Shown: piece by piece, positions 10,459 to 19,946 of the stretch
Numbering within the stretch: the first letter of the stretch is position 1
How the letters are laid out: the number at the start of each line of letters is the position of its first letter
Source: Patescibacteria group bacterium
GTDB taxonomy: Bacteria; Patescibacteriota; Microgenomatia; Levybacterales; UBA12049
DNA: 64,000 nucleotides
Assembly (NCBI GenBank): GCA_035510535.1
Contig: DATKGY010000041.1
Coordinates: forward strand, 29,493 to 93,492
Direction: 5' to 3'
The notes under the pieces: model-generated
Database searches by the model: none
What the model was told of the DNA's origin: nothing
The model's input: the letters and a program-made list of their open reading frames with translations, nothing else
Position numbers and translations under genes: made by a program

Positions 10459-11990
10459 AGATAAGAATTAAAACTCAAAAATCAAAACTCAAAAATCTTC
10501 TCAGGATATATATCTTTAGTCCTATCTCATACGCTTTGCTTGCAATTATTTTGGTAGGTTCCTTTTTAAGATTGCAGGGAGTTTTTACCAATTCATTTGC
10601 TTTTACCTACGACGTTGGCAGAGATATGTTGGCGCTTTCAAATATTGTCCACTTTCATAGAATTCCTCTCATCGGAGCAACAACCGGATTGCCCGGAATC
10701 TTCTATGGTCCATGGTGGTATTATTTCTTGACCCCGTTTTTTATTCTATTTTCGGGAAATCCCCAAGGGATAGCCTTGACGATGTCATCAATAGGCATTT
10801 TGACTATAGCGATTGGTTTTGTCTTGGGAAAAAGATTGGGAGGAAATCTTTTAGGCTTAATTCTTGCCGCAGTAATTAGTGTTTCTTCCGTAATGGTTTC
10901 CTTGTCCGCTCAAATCTGGAACCCGAATATTTCGCCAATGTTTGTCATGCTAGGGTTATTGGTTCTAGAGAAGCTGCATAAAGAAGTTAAAAAAGACAAG
11001 CCAAAATATTATTTGCTACTTGGACTTCTTTTGGCTTTTGTGATTGACCTTGAAATAGTTTTTGGTCTTTTATTGGCGTTGGGGATTATCTTTTCAGTAT
11101 TAATTATTAATAGAAGCAGAATAAGCTTAAAAGATATTGTTTTTTTTGCTTTTGGCGGATTAATTATTCTTGCCCCAAGAATAATTTTTGAATTAAGACA
11201 CCAGTTTTTAATGACAAAGTCCTTCTTAGGATTGCTTGGGAAAACAGGAGTGCATCAGTCCGGTACGCTTTTGAGTCTTCTTGGTAATCGGTTGGGAGCG
11301 CTCTCGGATCAGTTCAATGGAACAATTGGTGCAAGTAATGAATTCGCCGGTTTGATTATCCTGCTGTTTATAATATTTTCTATAGCAGTCTTTTATAAAA
11401 AATCTGCAGAAGAGATAAAGAATTTGATTAAAACTTCCGTAACCGTAATCTTGATTTTTTTATTGGGAACAGTTTTCTTTAGTCATGATATTTGGCCGCA
11501 TTATTTGGTTGGCCTACCGGTTTTTTACCTTTTACTTTTTGCAATTGCCGTTTATTTATTGGCGAAAAATGTTTCGATAAAATTGGCGGTTTTAATAGCG
11601 CTAATAGTATTTCTTGCTAATCTAAATCCTTATTCTCAAATCCAAAATCTTAGTAAACCTTTGTGGGAAGGGGACGCATCCGTTTACCGTAACCAAGTTG
11701 CCGTTATTGATTATGTCTATAAACAAGCCGCCGGAAAGTCTTTTAAGTATGTTGTTTACACGCCGCCGGTCTATGATTACACCTATCAATATCTTTTTAA
11801 CTGGTATGGCCCTAAAAATTATCATTATTCACCGTCAAGTCAATCACATCTGGCATATTTTATTCTTGAGCCGGATTACCAAGATTCCGCAAGGCTAAGC
11901 AATTGGTTAAAACAGAGGGAAGCAGATGGGCTAATAATCAGGTCGCAAGAAGTAAAGGGCGGAATTATTGTCCAGACAAGAATACATTAA
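10455..11990 (+). CDS. GT-C glycosyltransferase (PMT_2-like, 'DxGRD' subfamily)
   Basis: FTYDVGRDM...PLIGATTG..GIFYGPWWYY, WNPN; multiple TM helices. Confidence 0.8.
   Translation: MKIRIKTQKSKLKNLLRIYIFSPISYALLAIILVGSFLRLQGVFTNSFAFTYDVGRDMLALSNIVHFHRIPLIGATTGLPGIFYGPWWYYFLTPFFILFSGNPQGIALTMSSIGILTIAIGFVLGKRLGGNLLGLILAAVISVSSVMVSLSAQIWNPNISPMFVMLGLLVLEKLHKEVKKDKPKYYLLLGLLLAFVIDLEIVFGLLLALGIIFSVLIINRSRISLKDIVFFAFGGLIILAPRIIFELRHQFLMTKSFLGLLGKTGVHQSGTLLSLLGNRLGALSDQFNGTIGASNEFAGLIILLFIIFSIAVFYKKSAEEIKNLIKTSVTVILIFLLGTVFFSHDIWPHYLVGLPVFYLLLFAIAVYLLAKNVSIKLAVLIALIVFLANLNPYSQIQNLSKPLWEGDASVYRNQVAVIDYVYKQAAGKSFKYVVYTPPVYDYTYQYLFNWYGPKNYHYSPSSQSHLAYFILEPDYQDSARLSNWLKQREADGLIIRSQEVKGGIIVQTRIH
10463..10497. 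repeat. 7-bp tandem repeat (AAAACTC/AAAAATC x4 plus one degenerate unit) in the 5' end of a CDS
   Basis: aagaatt aaaactc aaaaatc aaaactc aaaaatc; encodes IKTQKSKLKN. Confidence 0.8.
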
Positions 11991-11993
11991 TTT

Positions 11994-13295
11994 ATGAAAA
12001 GAACGCAAACATATTGGAAATCACTTTTTAGAAAGAAATATTTACTTTTAGTTTTTGGGATTTTCCTATTTGAATTATTTTTAAGAACTTATAATTTAGG
12101 TTTTAAAGATCCTTTCGGATTTGATCAGGTTGATAATGCCTGGGCTGCTAAAAATATTATCATCAATCATTGGTATCCTTTGGTGGGAATGGTGGCAAAG
12201 ACAGACAGCGGAATTTTTATCGGCCCGGCATACTATTATTTCGCCGCCTTTTTCTATTGGATATATAATTTAAATCCCATTGCTTCCGAAGCGATAGCCG
12301 TTGTCAGTGCAGTTTTTACTTTTTGGACAATATTCTATGTAGTTAAGAAACTATTTTGCGTGGAAATAGCAATTATTGCGCTACTTATTAATACTTTCTG
12401 TTTTAATACGATTCTTTTCGACGGGATACAATGGCCGGTACAATTACTTCCCGCGGTCTCTTTAATAATTTTTTATCTACTTTATAGAGTAATCCTAGGT
12501 GATGTCAAAAAATTAATTCCCTTGGCAATTGCGATCGGGGTTGCTTTAAACTTACATTTTACGGCGATATTTTTTCCAATCATTGTAATACTAACTTTAC
12601 CATTATTCCCCCGGACAAAAGAAACGCTCAAGTACATTTTAATTTCTTTTCCTTGTTTTTTTGTTTGGTTGATTCCCAACTTAGCGTCGTTCTTACTGAA
12701 TAAGACTTCTGCCTCAGCCGGTGGAGGATATCTTACAACTTATTTTTTAGGCTTTCATCTTAGAAGAATGCTGCAGTTAACCGGCGACGCCATAATTCAA
12801 TTTGATCCATACTTGCTTTTGGCTAAGATTAAGCCCCTAAAAGTAATTATCTTACCTGTTTTCATGTTGGTTTATTTATTCAAATCATTTAATTCAGCTG
12901 GAAGGAAATTTGTTTATTTGGTTTTATTATGGTTCTTAATCCCATGGCTGGTATTTACAACTTATGGCGGGGAAATAAGTGATTACTATTTTATTATTAG
13001 CCGATTTGTGGCGCTGATAATACTTTCTTACTTCATTTACTTAGTTTGGAACACTAAAAATATACTCGCGAAACTATTTGTCGTTTTATTTTTGATAATT
13101 TATTGTGCGTACGGATTCATTACCTTTCTTCCCTATAAAGACGAAGGCAGTTTATATAAGCATGAACAAGCGGCAAAACAGGTAGTCGACAGCGGAAGAA
13201 GAATAGAATTCCAAGTGGGTGTACCCGAGTCTTATTTATATTATTATTACATGAGGCAAAAGGGGATAGCGGTATATATATCAAAATATAGATAG
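11994..13295 (+). CDS. GT-C glycosyltransferase (PMT_2-like)
   Basis: FGFDQVDNAW...PLVG..GIFIGPAYYY; paralog of 10455 and 13306. Confidence 0.78.
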   Translation: MKRTQTYWKSLFRKKYLLLVFGIFLFELFLRTYNLGFKDPFGFDQVDNAWAAKNIIINHWYPLVGMVAKTDSGIFIGPAYYYFAAFFYWIYNLNPIASEAIAVVSAVFTFWTIFYVVKKLFCVEIAIIALLINTFCFNTILFDGIQWPVQLLPAVSLIIFYLLYRVILGDVKKLIPLAIAIGVALNLHFTAIFFPIIVILTLPLFPRTKETLKYILISFPCFFVWLIPNLASFLLNKTSASAGGGYLTTYFLGFHLRRMLQLTGDAIIQFDPYLLLAKIKPLKVIILPVFMLVYLFKSFNSAGRKFVYLVLLWFLIPWLVFTTYGGEISDYYFIISRFVALIILSYFIYLVWNTKNILAKLFVVLFLIIYCAYGFITFLPYKDEGSLYKHEQAAKQVVDSGRRIEFQVGVPESYLYYYYMRQKGIAVYISKYR

Positions 13296-13305
13296 AATTT
13301 AACAA

Positions 13306-14805
13306 ATGAAAAAATATCTAGTTGCTTTAAACAATTTTAAGTATCGAAACCCATTATGCTTATGTATTCTTTTTGTCATCGGATTTTTGCTGAGAATTTA
13401 TTTGATTGGCCAGAATTTATTTTTCGGACCGGAGCAGGGAAGAGACATGCTGGTGGTTAAAAGTATTGTCATAGATCATAAACTCGTGCTAATCGGCCCA
13501 ACGACTGCAGTTGAAGGCATTTACCACGGTCCCTTATATTATTACCTTTCCACAATCCCCTTCTTTTTTAGCAAAGGTAATCCCCTTTTTATAGCCTTAT
13601 TTTTTATTTTCCTTAACGCTTTATCCGTATTCTTAGTGTATCTGGTCGGGAAAGAATTGTTTTCCAGAAAAATAGGGTTAATCGCGTCTTTATTTTTTAC
13701 ATTTTCTTTCGGCGCGGTGGTAATGGCGAGATGGTTGTCTCATCCTCCGCTAATTATTCCAGTCTGCTGTTTGTTTTTTCTGTTTTTAGCCAAGTTTATA
13801 AAGGGAAATAATAAATATTTAATTCCAACGGCTATTATTTATGGAGTCGCGACGCAAACGGAATTTTCCAACCTGATAATTTTTACTTTCATTACTTTTT
13901 TTGCGGTGGTTGTTTTTAGGAAAAGATTTCTTGAACAAAAAATAATCAGTTTACTTATTGCGCTTGCTTTGGTGATTTTGCTACCTATATTCAATTTTGT
14001 TCTTTTTGATTTAAGACATAACTTTTTAATTACCAGAAGTCTAATAAAATCTCAGGCGCACAGACCGCAATTTGTAGGTTATTTTTTGCATACCCTAACT
14101 GGCTCAATCTGGCAGTTTATGCAAGTTTTTTCCGATGTGGTTAGTCCGTTGCATTTGTTAGTTGCCGCGGTTATTTTTATCGCCGCCTTTTTTGCGCTGA
14201 TTAAATTAAGAGATAAATATAAAACCGGAACGGCATTGATGTTAATCTGGTTGTTTTCTCCTTTTGTCGCCTTTATTCTTCTTCGCTATAACCCTTTGTA
14301 TCATTATTTTACCGCTTCCATTATTGCAATTATCATCTTGATTGTCGTTCTTGTAGATTATCTCTCATCTCTCAAAAGAGGAGTTGGTTTAATTGCGATA
14401 GGCATATTGGTCGCGTTTAATTTATGGTCACTGCATGCTTATTTGCCTAATAATCTCAATGTATTTTTTCAATCCACTCAGCCCGATTTGAAATATAAAG
14501 ACCAGCAAGCAGTTATACAAAGAATATACAAAGAGGCTAACGGGACACCCTTTTATTATCAGGCTTATACCATTCCTTACTGGATGCAGGATGGGTGGCA
14601 ATATCTTTTCTGGTATTACGGTAAACAGTATGGATATCTTCCCAAGCAAACGAATAAGGGTTTGTTGTTTGTTATAATTCAGGATGACCCAAGCACTAAG
14701 CTTTATCAAACCAATTGGCTTAGGGACACGGTTAGCAAATGGGGAATAGAAGAGAATGAATTTAAATACGGGATATTAACCGTAGAGAAAAGATATGTTC
14801 AATAA
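13306..14805 (+). CDS. GT-C glycosyltransferase (PMT_2-like)
   Basis: FFGPEQGRDM...LIGPTT..GIYHGPLYYY, FDLRHNF. Confidence 0.8.
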   Translation: MKKYLVALNNFKYRNPLCLCILFVIGFLLRIYLIGQNLFFGPEQGRDMLVVKSIVIDHKLVLIGPTTAVEGIYHGPLYYYLSTIPFFFSKGNPLFIALFFIFLNALSVFLVYLVGKELFSRKIGLIASLFFTFSFGAVVMARWLSHPPLIIPVCCLFFLFLAKFIKGNNKYLIPTAIIYGVATQTEFSNLIIFTFITFFAVVVFRKRFLEQKIISLLIALALVILLPIFNFVLFDLRHNFLITRSLIKSQAHRPQFVGYFLHTLTGSIWQFMQVFSDVVSPLHLLVAAVIFIAAFFALIKLRDKYKTGTALMLIWLFSPFVAFILLRYNPLYHYFTASIIAIIILIVVLVDYLSSLKRGVGLIAIGILVAFNLWSLHAYLPNNLNVFFQSTQPDLKYKDQQAVIQRIYKEANGTPFYYQAYTIPYWMQDGWQYLFWYYGKQYGYLPKQTNKGLLFVIIQDDPSTKLYQTNWLRDTVSKWGIEENEFKYGILTVEKRYVQ

Positions 14806-16450
14806 TTTTAAGAAAAAAAATAATTTACTTTTTGTCTTAGTCACGGTTTTTTTATTGCTAGTTCCGATTGTTTCCTTAGCGCATAGCGGTTTGCCGATAA
14901 CGCATGACGGACAGGACCATGTCGCAAGAATCGCCAATTTTTATCAAAATCTTTTGGAAGGTAATTTAATTCCCAGATGGGCTGCCAATCTTAACTGGGG
15001 ATACGGCCACCCGATTTTGGAATTTTTATATCCCCTGCCTTCTTATTTCGCTTCTTTCTTTCATCTGGTTGGTTTTTCTTTGGTTGACGCGACAAAAATT
15101 GTTTATGGTTTGGGGATGGTTTTGTCGTTGTCTTTTATGTTTTTATGGCTTAAGCAATTTTTGGGCAAAGAGCCGGCGCTTCTGGGAGCCTTTTTGTACA
15201 CTTATGCCCCTTATAGATTCGTTGATCTTTATGTTAGAGGAGATATCGGCGAAAATTTGGCTTTTGCTTTTGTACCCCTGATTTTATATTTTATTTTCAA
15301 GCTTTATAAAAAGCCTAAGCTAATATATTCATTGCTGGGTGCTTTGTCTTTAGCGCTTTTGATACTCTCGCATAATGCGATTGCTCTTATAACCGTACCG
15401 TTTATTTTATTTTACGCTATATACCTTATTTGGTTGTCCAAATTCAATAAATCATTAATCATTAATCTTTCATCCTTAATCATTTTCGGTTTTGCCCTGT
15501 CGGCCTTTTTCTGGGCGCCGGCATTGTTAGAGGGTAAATACACACTTCGCAATATCGTTACAAAAGGCACGTATGTAAATAGTTTTGTTAGTTTTAAAGC
15601 TTTGATTTACGGGCCATGGAGCTATGGCGGGAGCGGTGAATTTACTGTTCAATTAGGTATTATTCAATGGCTGGGTTTAATTCTGTCCCCGGTTTTGGCT
15701 ATTCTCTTTTGGTTTAAAAAAGATAAAAGATACCTACTTGTTTTAGCATGTCTTCTGTATACTTTGTTAGCGATATTTTTAATGCTACCGATATCAAATT
15801 TTCTTTGGACAAAAATAATGCTTTTGCAAAACTTCCAATTTCCATGGCGTTTTTTGGCTATTACGGTTCTTTCAACCTCAATATTGGCGGCTTTGCTAAT
15901 TTATAAACTTCCCAAGAAGTTACAGCTTGTCACGGTATTAATTTTAATCGCAGTAGTTTTGTTTATAAGTAAAGATTATCTAAAGGCCAAAGATTATTTG
16001 TATAAACCGGCAGGTTTTTATACAGGAATATATAATGGTACAACCGATACCGGTGAAAGTTCACCTATCTGGTCAGTACGGTTCATGGAGCATGCACCAA
16101 AAGCGCATTTGGAGATGCTTGACGGAAAAGCCACTATTAAGGGAATAAAAAGAACTTCTACGGATCATCTCTATACGGTTAATGTCGCAAAGAGGACTTT
16201 ATTTGAAGAAAACACCCTTTATTTCCCGGGCTGGCAGATAAAAGTCAATAACGTTCCGGTTAGCATTGAATTTCAGGACATGCAATATCGGGGAACGATG
16301 TTATTTATCTTAGATAAAGGAAATTATGTCGTCGAAGCAAAATATTCGGAGACAAAATTACGGTTAATTTGCGACTTAGTATCTTTAATCAGTTTAATAT
16401 CTCTGGCCGGATTATTTGGCTTCGGGTTTGTAAAGACAAAGCTTTCTTAG
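14795..16450 (+). CDS. GT-C-like membrane protein (YfhO / 'PTPS-related' family)
   Basis: THDGQDHVAR...PRWAANLNWGYGHP, YVRGD, FQFPWRFL, YFPGWQ. Confidence 0.8.
   Translation: MFNNFKKKNNLLFVLVTVFLLLVPIVSLAHSGLPITHDGQDHVARIANFYQNLLEGNLIPRWAANLNWGYGHPILEFLYPLPSYFASFFHLVGFSLVDATKIVYGLGMVLSLSFMFLWLKQFLGKEPALLGAFLYTYAPYRFVDLYVRGDIGENLAFAFVPLILYFIFKLYKKPKLIYSLLGALSLALLILSHNAIALITVPFILFYAIYLIWLSKFNKSLIINLSSLIIFGFALSAFFWAPALLEGKYTLRNIVTKGTYVNSFVSFKALIYGPWSYGGSGEFTVQLGIIQWLGLILSPVLAILFWFKKDKRYLLVLACLLYTLLAIFLMLPISNFLWTKIMLLQNFQFPWRFLAITVLSTSILAALLIYKLPKKLQLVTVLILIAVVLFISKDYLKAKDYLYKPAGFYTGIYNGTTDTGESSPIWSVRFMEHAPKAHLEMLDGKATIKGIKRTSTDHLYTVNVAKRTLFEENTLYFPGWQIKVNNVPVSIEFQDMQYRGTMLFILDKGNYVVEAKYSETKLRLICDLVSLISLISLAGLFGFGFVKTKLS
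15449..15483. repeat. 7-bp tandem repeat (TAATCAT-type, 5 units, degenerate) inside CDS
   Basis: aaatcat taatcat taatctt tcatcct taatcat; encodes KSLIINLSSLII. Confidence 0.7.
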
Positions 16451-16463
16451 TATCATATTATCT

Positions 16464-17327
16464 ATGAAACAAACACTTTCCGTAGTGCTGGCGACTTACA
16501 ATGAAGGTAAAAACTTAGCTGCATGTCTAGATAGCGTTAAAGGGTTAGCGGATGAAATAATAATCGTTGACGGAACTTCTTCGGATAATACCGTTAAGAT
16601 CGCCAAAGGTTACGGCGCGAAAGTTCTAGTCAAAGATAATCCGCAAATGTTTCACATCAATAAGCAAAAAGCTATAGATATGGCAACGGGTGATTGGATC
16701 TTGCAATTGGATGCGGACGAACGGGTTAGCCCCAAACTCACAGCAGAAATAAAAAAATTTATAAATATGAATGATGCTGAGAGAGAAGAATATCAAAAAA
16801 ATATCCCAAACCGCGAACTATTTGAACGTCATCAGAAATTAATAAAAGAAAGGGATGGTCAGGTCGGTAAGTCAAGCGGGCCATATGTGGCCTTTTTTAT
16901 GCCTAGAGCAAATTACTTCTTAGGAAGATTTCTAAAATCGGGAGGAGTATATCCAGATGGAGTTATAAGACTATTTAAAAAAGGTAAAGCTTATTTACCT
17001 TGTAAAGATGTTCATGAGCAATTAGTGGTCGACGGGAGAGTTGGCTGGATGCAAAATGATCTTCTGCATTATGATTCGCCAACATTTAAAAAGTATATTG
17101 CCAGAAACAGGAGGTATACGGCTTTTATTGCAACTCAGTATAAAGATCAAAAGTTATCTAAAGATCCGATAACTTTCATAAAGTACGTTCTTATCTTACC
17201 TATCCATTGGTTTTTGCTGACATTTTTTAGACACAAAGGGTTTAAGGACTCGTGGCAAGGGTTTGTGTTTTCACTTTTCTCCGCTTTACGATTCCCTATT
17301 TCGTATATAATATATCTAACGTTATGA
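16464..17327 (+). CDS. GT2 glycosyltransferase (LgtF/WaaE-like)
   Basis: LATYNE, IVDGTSSDNT, WILQLDADE, YPDGVIRLF, VHE. Confidence 0.85.
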   Translation: MKQTLSVVLATYNEGKNLAACLDSVKGLADEIIIVDGTSSDNTVKIAKGYGAKVLVKDNPQMFHINKQKAIDMATGDWILQLDADERVSPKLTAEIKKFINMNDAEREEYQKNIPNRELFERHQKLIKERDGQVGKSSGPYVAFFMPRANYFLGRFLKSGGVYPDGVIRLFKKGKAYLPCKDVHEQLVVDGRVGWMQNDLLHYDSPTFKKYIARNRRYTAFIATQYKDQKLSKDPITFIKYVLILPIHWFLLTFFRHKGFKDSWQGFVFSLFSALRFPISYIIYLTL

Positions 17328-18289
17328 AGATTTTAGTTACAGGCGGCGCGGGATACATCGGAAGCTTCATGATAAAGCGTCTTTTGGAGCAAGGCGACGA
17401 GGTGGTAGTGGCGGATAGTTTGGAGAGAGGACATAAGGAAGTAGTTGATCAAAGGGCTAAGCTAATGGTTGGTAATTTGCTTGATAAATCTTTCGTACAG
17501 GAGGTTTTCAGGGATAGATTTCACGCGGTTATTCACTTTGCGGGATTTATTTCAATGGGTGAGTCAATGGAGAATCCTTATTTATATTTTCAAAATAACG
17601 TCTTTAGCTCTCTTAACATTTTGGAACAAATGTCGCAAACCGGTGCTAATAATTTTATATTTTCTTCATCCGCGGGCGTTTATGGAAACCCCGAACAAAT
17701 TCCCATTCCGGAAAGTAGCGTAACAGCGCCAACCAATCCATATGGAGAGAGTAAATTAATGGTCGAGAAGCTTATGGGTTGGTATGGAAAAACCAAAAAA
17801 CTTAATACCGTCGCGTTAAGATATTTTAATGCTGCCGGCGCCTCATTAGATGGCTTAATGGGAGAAGAGCACCTGCCGGAGAGCCACATCATTCCCAAGA
17901 TCATAGAAGCTTTATTGGAAAACAAACCCTTTAATCTTTTTGGCAACGATTATAAAACTAAGGATGGGACTTGCGTTAGGGATTATATACATGTTTTAGA
18001 TTTGGTGGAGGCGCATATCTTGGCGATTAATAAAATACGCACGATGCCTGGTAATTATGTCTATAACGTCGGAACCGGAGCGGGCTTTTCGAATAAGGAG
18101 ATTATAGGAATGGTAGAAAAAGTCTCTGGACAGAAAGTAAATATTCAAAACTCCCCAAGGCGTCCCGGCGACGCGGATGAATTAATTGCTGACCCAACAA
18201 AAATAAAATCAGAATTGGGTTTTAGTCCAAAGTATTCCGACCGTGAGACAATTATTAAAACCGCATGGCAATGGCACAGTAAAAAATGA
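17324..18289 (+). CDS. galE: UDP-glucose 4-epimerase
   Basis: MKILVTGGAGYIGS, FSSSAGVYG, NPYGESK, LRYFNAAGA, DGTCVRDYIHV. Start moved to ATG 17324 (ATGA overlap with upstream stop). Confidence 0.92.
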   Translation: MKILVTGGAGYIGSFMIKRLLEQGDEVVVADSLERGHKEVVDQRAKLMVGNLLDKSFVQEVFRDRFHAVIHFAGFISMGESMENPYLYFQNNVFSSLNILEQMSQTGANNFIFSSSAGVYGNPEQIPIPESSVTAPTNPYGESKLMVEKLMGWYGKTKKLNTVALRYFNAAGASLDGLMGEEHLPESHIIPKIIEALLENKPFNLFGNDYKTKDGTCVRDYIHVLDLVEAHILAINKIRTMPGNYVYNVGTGAGFSNKEIIGMVEKVSGQKVNIQNSPRRPGDADELIADPTKIKSELGFSPKYSDRETIIKTAWQWHSKK

Positions 18290-18813
18290 TAAGAAAAGTT
18301 AAACTTTTTACCTTCCTTATATCAATTTTGTTCTTGTCTGCTCTGCCTTCTTATGCTTCATCAACATACGTCTTGCCATATCCTTCGACCATGCCGGGAA
18401 GCATTTTTTATAAAATTCATTTGGTTGAAGAAACAGTTTTAAGGTATTGGTATTTCGGCGACTTTGGGCAATTTACTTATAATCTTAAAGAATCTGATAA
18501 ATATCTCGTTGAAGCAAAAACACTTTTTGAATATAATCAATATCTGCTAGGCTACGAAGCTTTAAAAAAGTCAGACGTATATTTCAGCAAGACGCTTCCT
18601 TATCTTTTAAAGGCTCAGAAACAAGGTAAGGACATTTCGGCAAATCGGGATTTACTTTCTCAGGCTGCCTTAAAACATAAAGAGGTTTTATTGACGGTAA
18701 AGCAAGAAGTTCCGCCGGTTTTTAATTGGACTCCGGAAAAATCAGCTTTAACCGTACTTAATCTTAAAGCGGCGATAGACGCCTCAATAGCAATAAGAGA
18801 TAAATACCTATGA
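18286..18813 (+). CDS. Secreted helical protein (DUF5667-like)
   Basis: N-terminal signal peptide, YVLPYPSTMPGSIFYKI motif, helical remainder. Confidence 0.55.
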   Translation: MIRKVKLFTFLISILFLSALPSYASSTYVLPYPSTMPGSIFYKIHLVEETVLRYWYFGDFGQFTYNLKESDKYLVEAKTLFEYNQYLLGYEALKKSDVYFSKTLPYLLKAQKQGKDISANRDLLSQAALKHKEVLLTVKQEVPPVFNWTPEKSALTVLNLKAAIDASIAIRDKYL

Positions 18814-19946
18814 AAAAAATGTTTCTTGGAGTTTACTCAATCTTTTTAGTTTGCTTAGCTATTTTTTCCTATGCTTTTGTCGACCCCAATCTTTTATTTT
18901 TAAGAAAACTCTATACCGGTTTATATGCGACTAACCGGCCTTTTGTAACTTTGGCTTTCATTTTTTTAGTCCTTATTTTTTTTGGATTTTATACTTTATT
19001 CTTATATTGGTTTAGGCAAAAAGTTTTCGGAAATAACGAGTTTAAGTTTATCTTAATAAGCACCGTAGTTTTTCTATTTTTAGCATATCCGGCGATGGTT
19101 TCATACGATATTTTCAATTACGTCGCTACGGCAAAAGCACTGTTTTTTTATCATGAAAATCCGTACATCATTATGCCGATACAATTCTTGCACGATCCTC
19201 TACTATTGTTTATGCAGGCAGCCAATAAAACCGCGCTATACGGACCTTTTTGGATATTTTTGACCGGAATTCCATATTTGTCGGGATTTGGAAATTTCGC
19301 AGTAACTCTTTTTGCTTTTAAGCTTTTTAATACTATTTTTTATTTGGCGTCAATAGCTCTTCTCTATAAAATGTCGAAAAATATTTACTATCTTTCATTT
19401 TTCGCCTTCAACCCCCTGGTTATTTTTGAAACTTTGGTAAGTAGTCATAACGATATTGTGATGATGTTTTTTGCCATTCTTACAATTTACTTCCTAAAGA
19501 ATAAAAAACTGATATTGTCAATTATTTTAATTATTCTCTCGATATTAATTAAATATTCAACCGTATTTTTGCTCCCCGTTATTTTATACGCAATGTTTTA
19601 TCAATTAAGGAATAAAAAACTAGAGTGGGAGAAAATTTTTCTCTGGTTTTCAATTTCGATGCTTGTGATCTTTCTCTTGTCACAAATACGCGAAGAGATA
19701 TATCCCTGGTACGCGATTTGGTTTTTGATTTTCCTTCCTTTTATTCGAAATAAATTAATTAAATATATTTACTTAAGCTTTTCTTTCGGACTCTTATTTA
19801 GATATGTGCCATTTATGCTATTAGGAACTTATTTTGGTACTACTCCTCTAATCAAAAATTTTATGACTTTTATTCCGGTGGGAGTAACGATTTTATTTCT
19901 AGCTCTTAAAAAATTTATATGGCAAAAATCTTCAAACCGATTTTAA
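18810..19946 (+). CDS. GT-C membrane glycosyltransferase (MptA/B / GT87-like)
   Basis: SYDIFNY...HENPY, ALYGP, FNPLVIFE...SHNDIVM, LIKY, YPWY. Confidence 0.75.
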   Translation: MKKMFLGVYSIFLVCLAIFSYAFVDPNLLFLRKLYTGLYATNRPFVTLAFIFLVLIFFGFYTLFLYWFRQKVFGNNEFKFILISTVVFLFLAYPAMVSYDIFNYVATAKALFFYHENPYIIMPIQFLHDPLLLFMQAANKTALYGPFWIFLTGIPYLSGFGNFAVTLFAFKLFNTIFYLASIALLYKMSKNIYYLSFFAFNPLVIFETLVSSHNDIVMMFFAILTIYFLKNKKLILSIILIILSILIKYSTVFLLPVILYAMFYQLRNKKLEWEKIFLWFSISMLVIFLLSQIREEIYPWYAIWFLIFLPFIRNKLIKYIYLSFSFGLLFRYVPFMLLGTYFGTTPLIKNFMTFIPVGVTILFLALKKFIWQKSSNRF

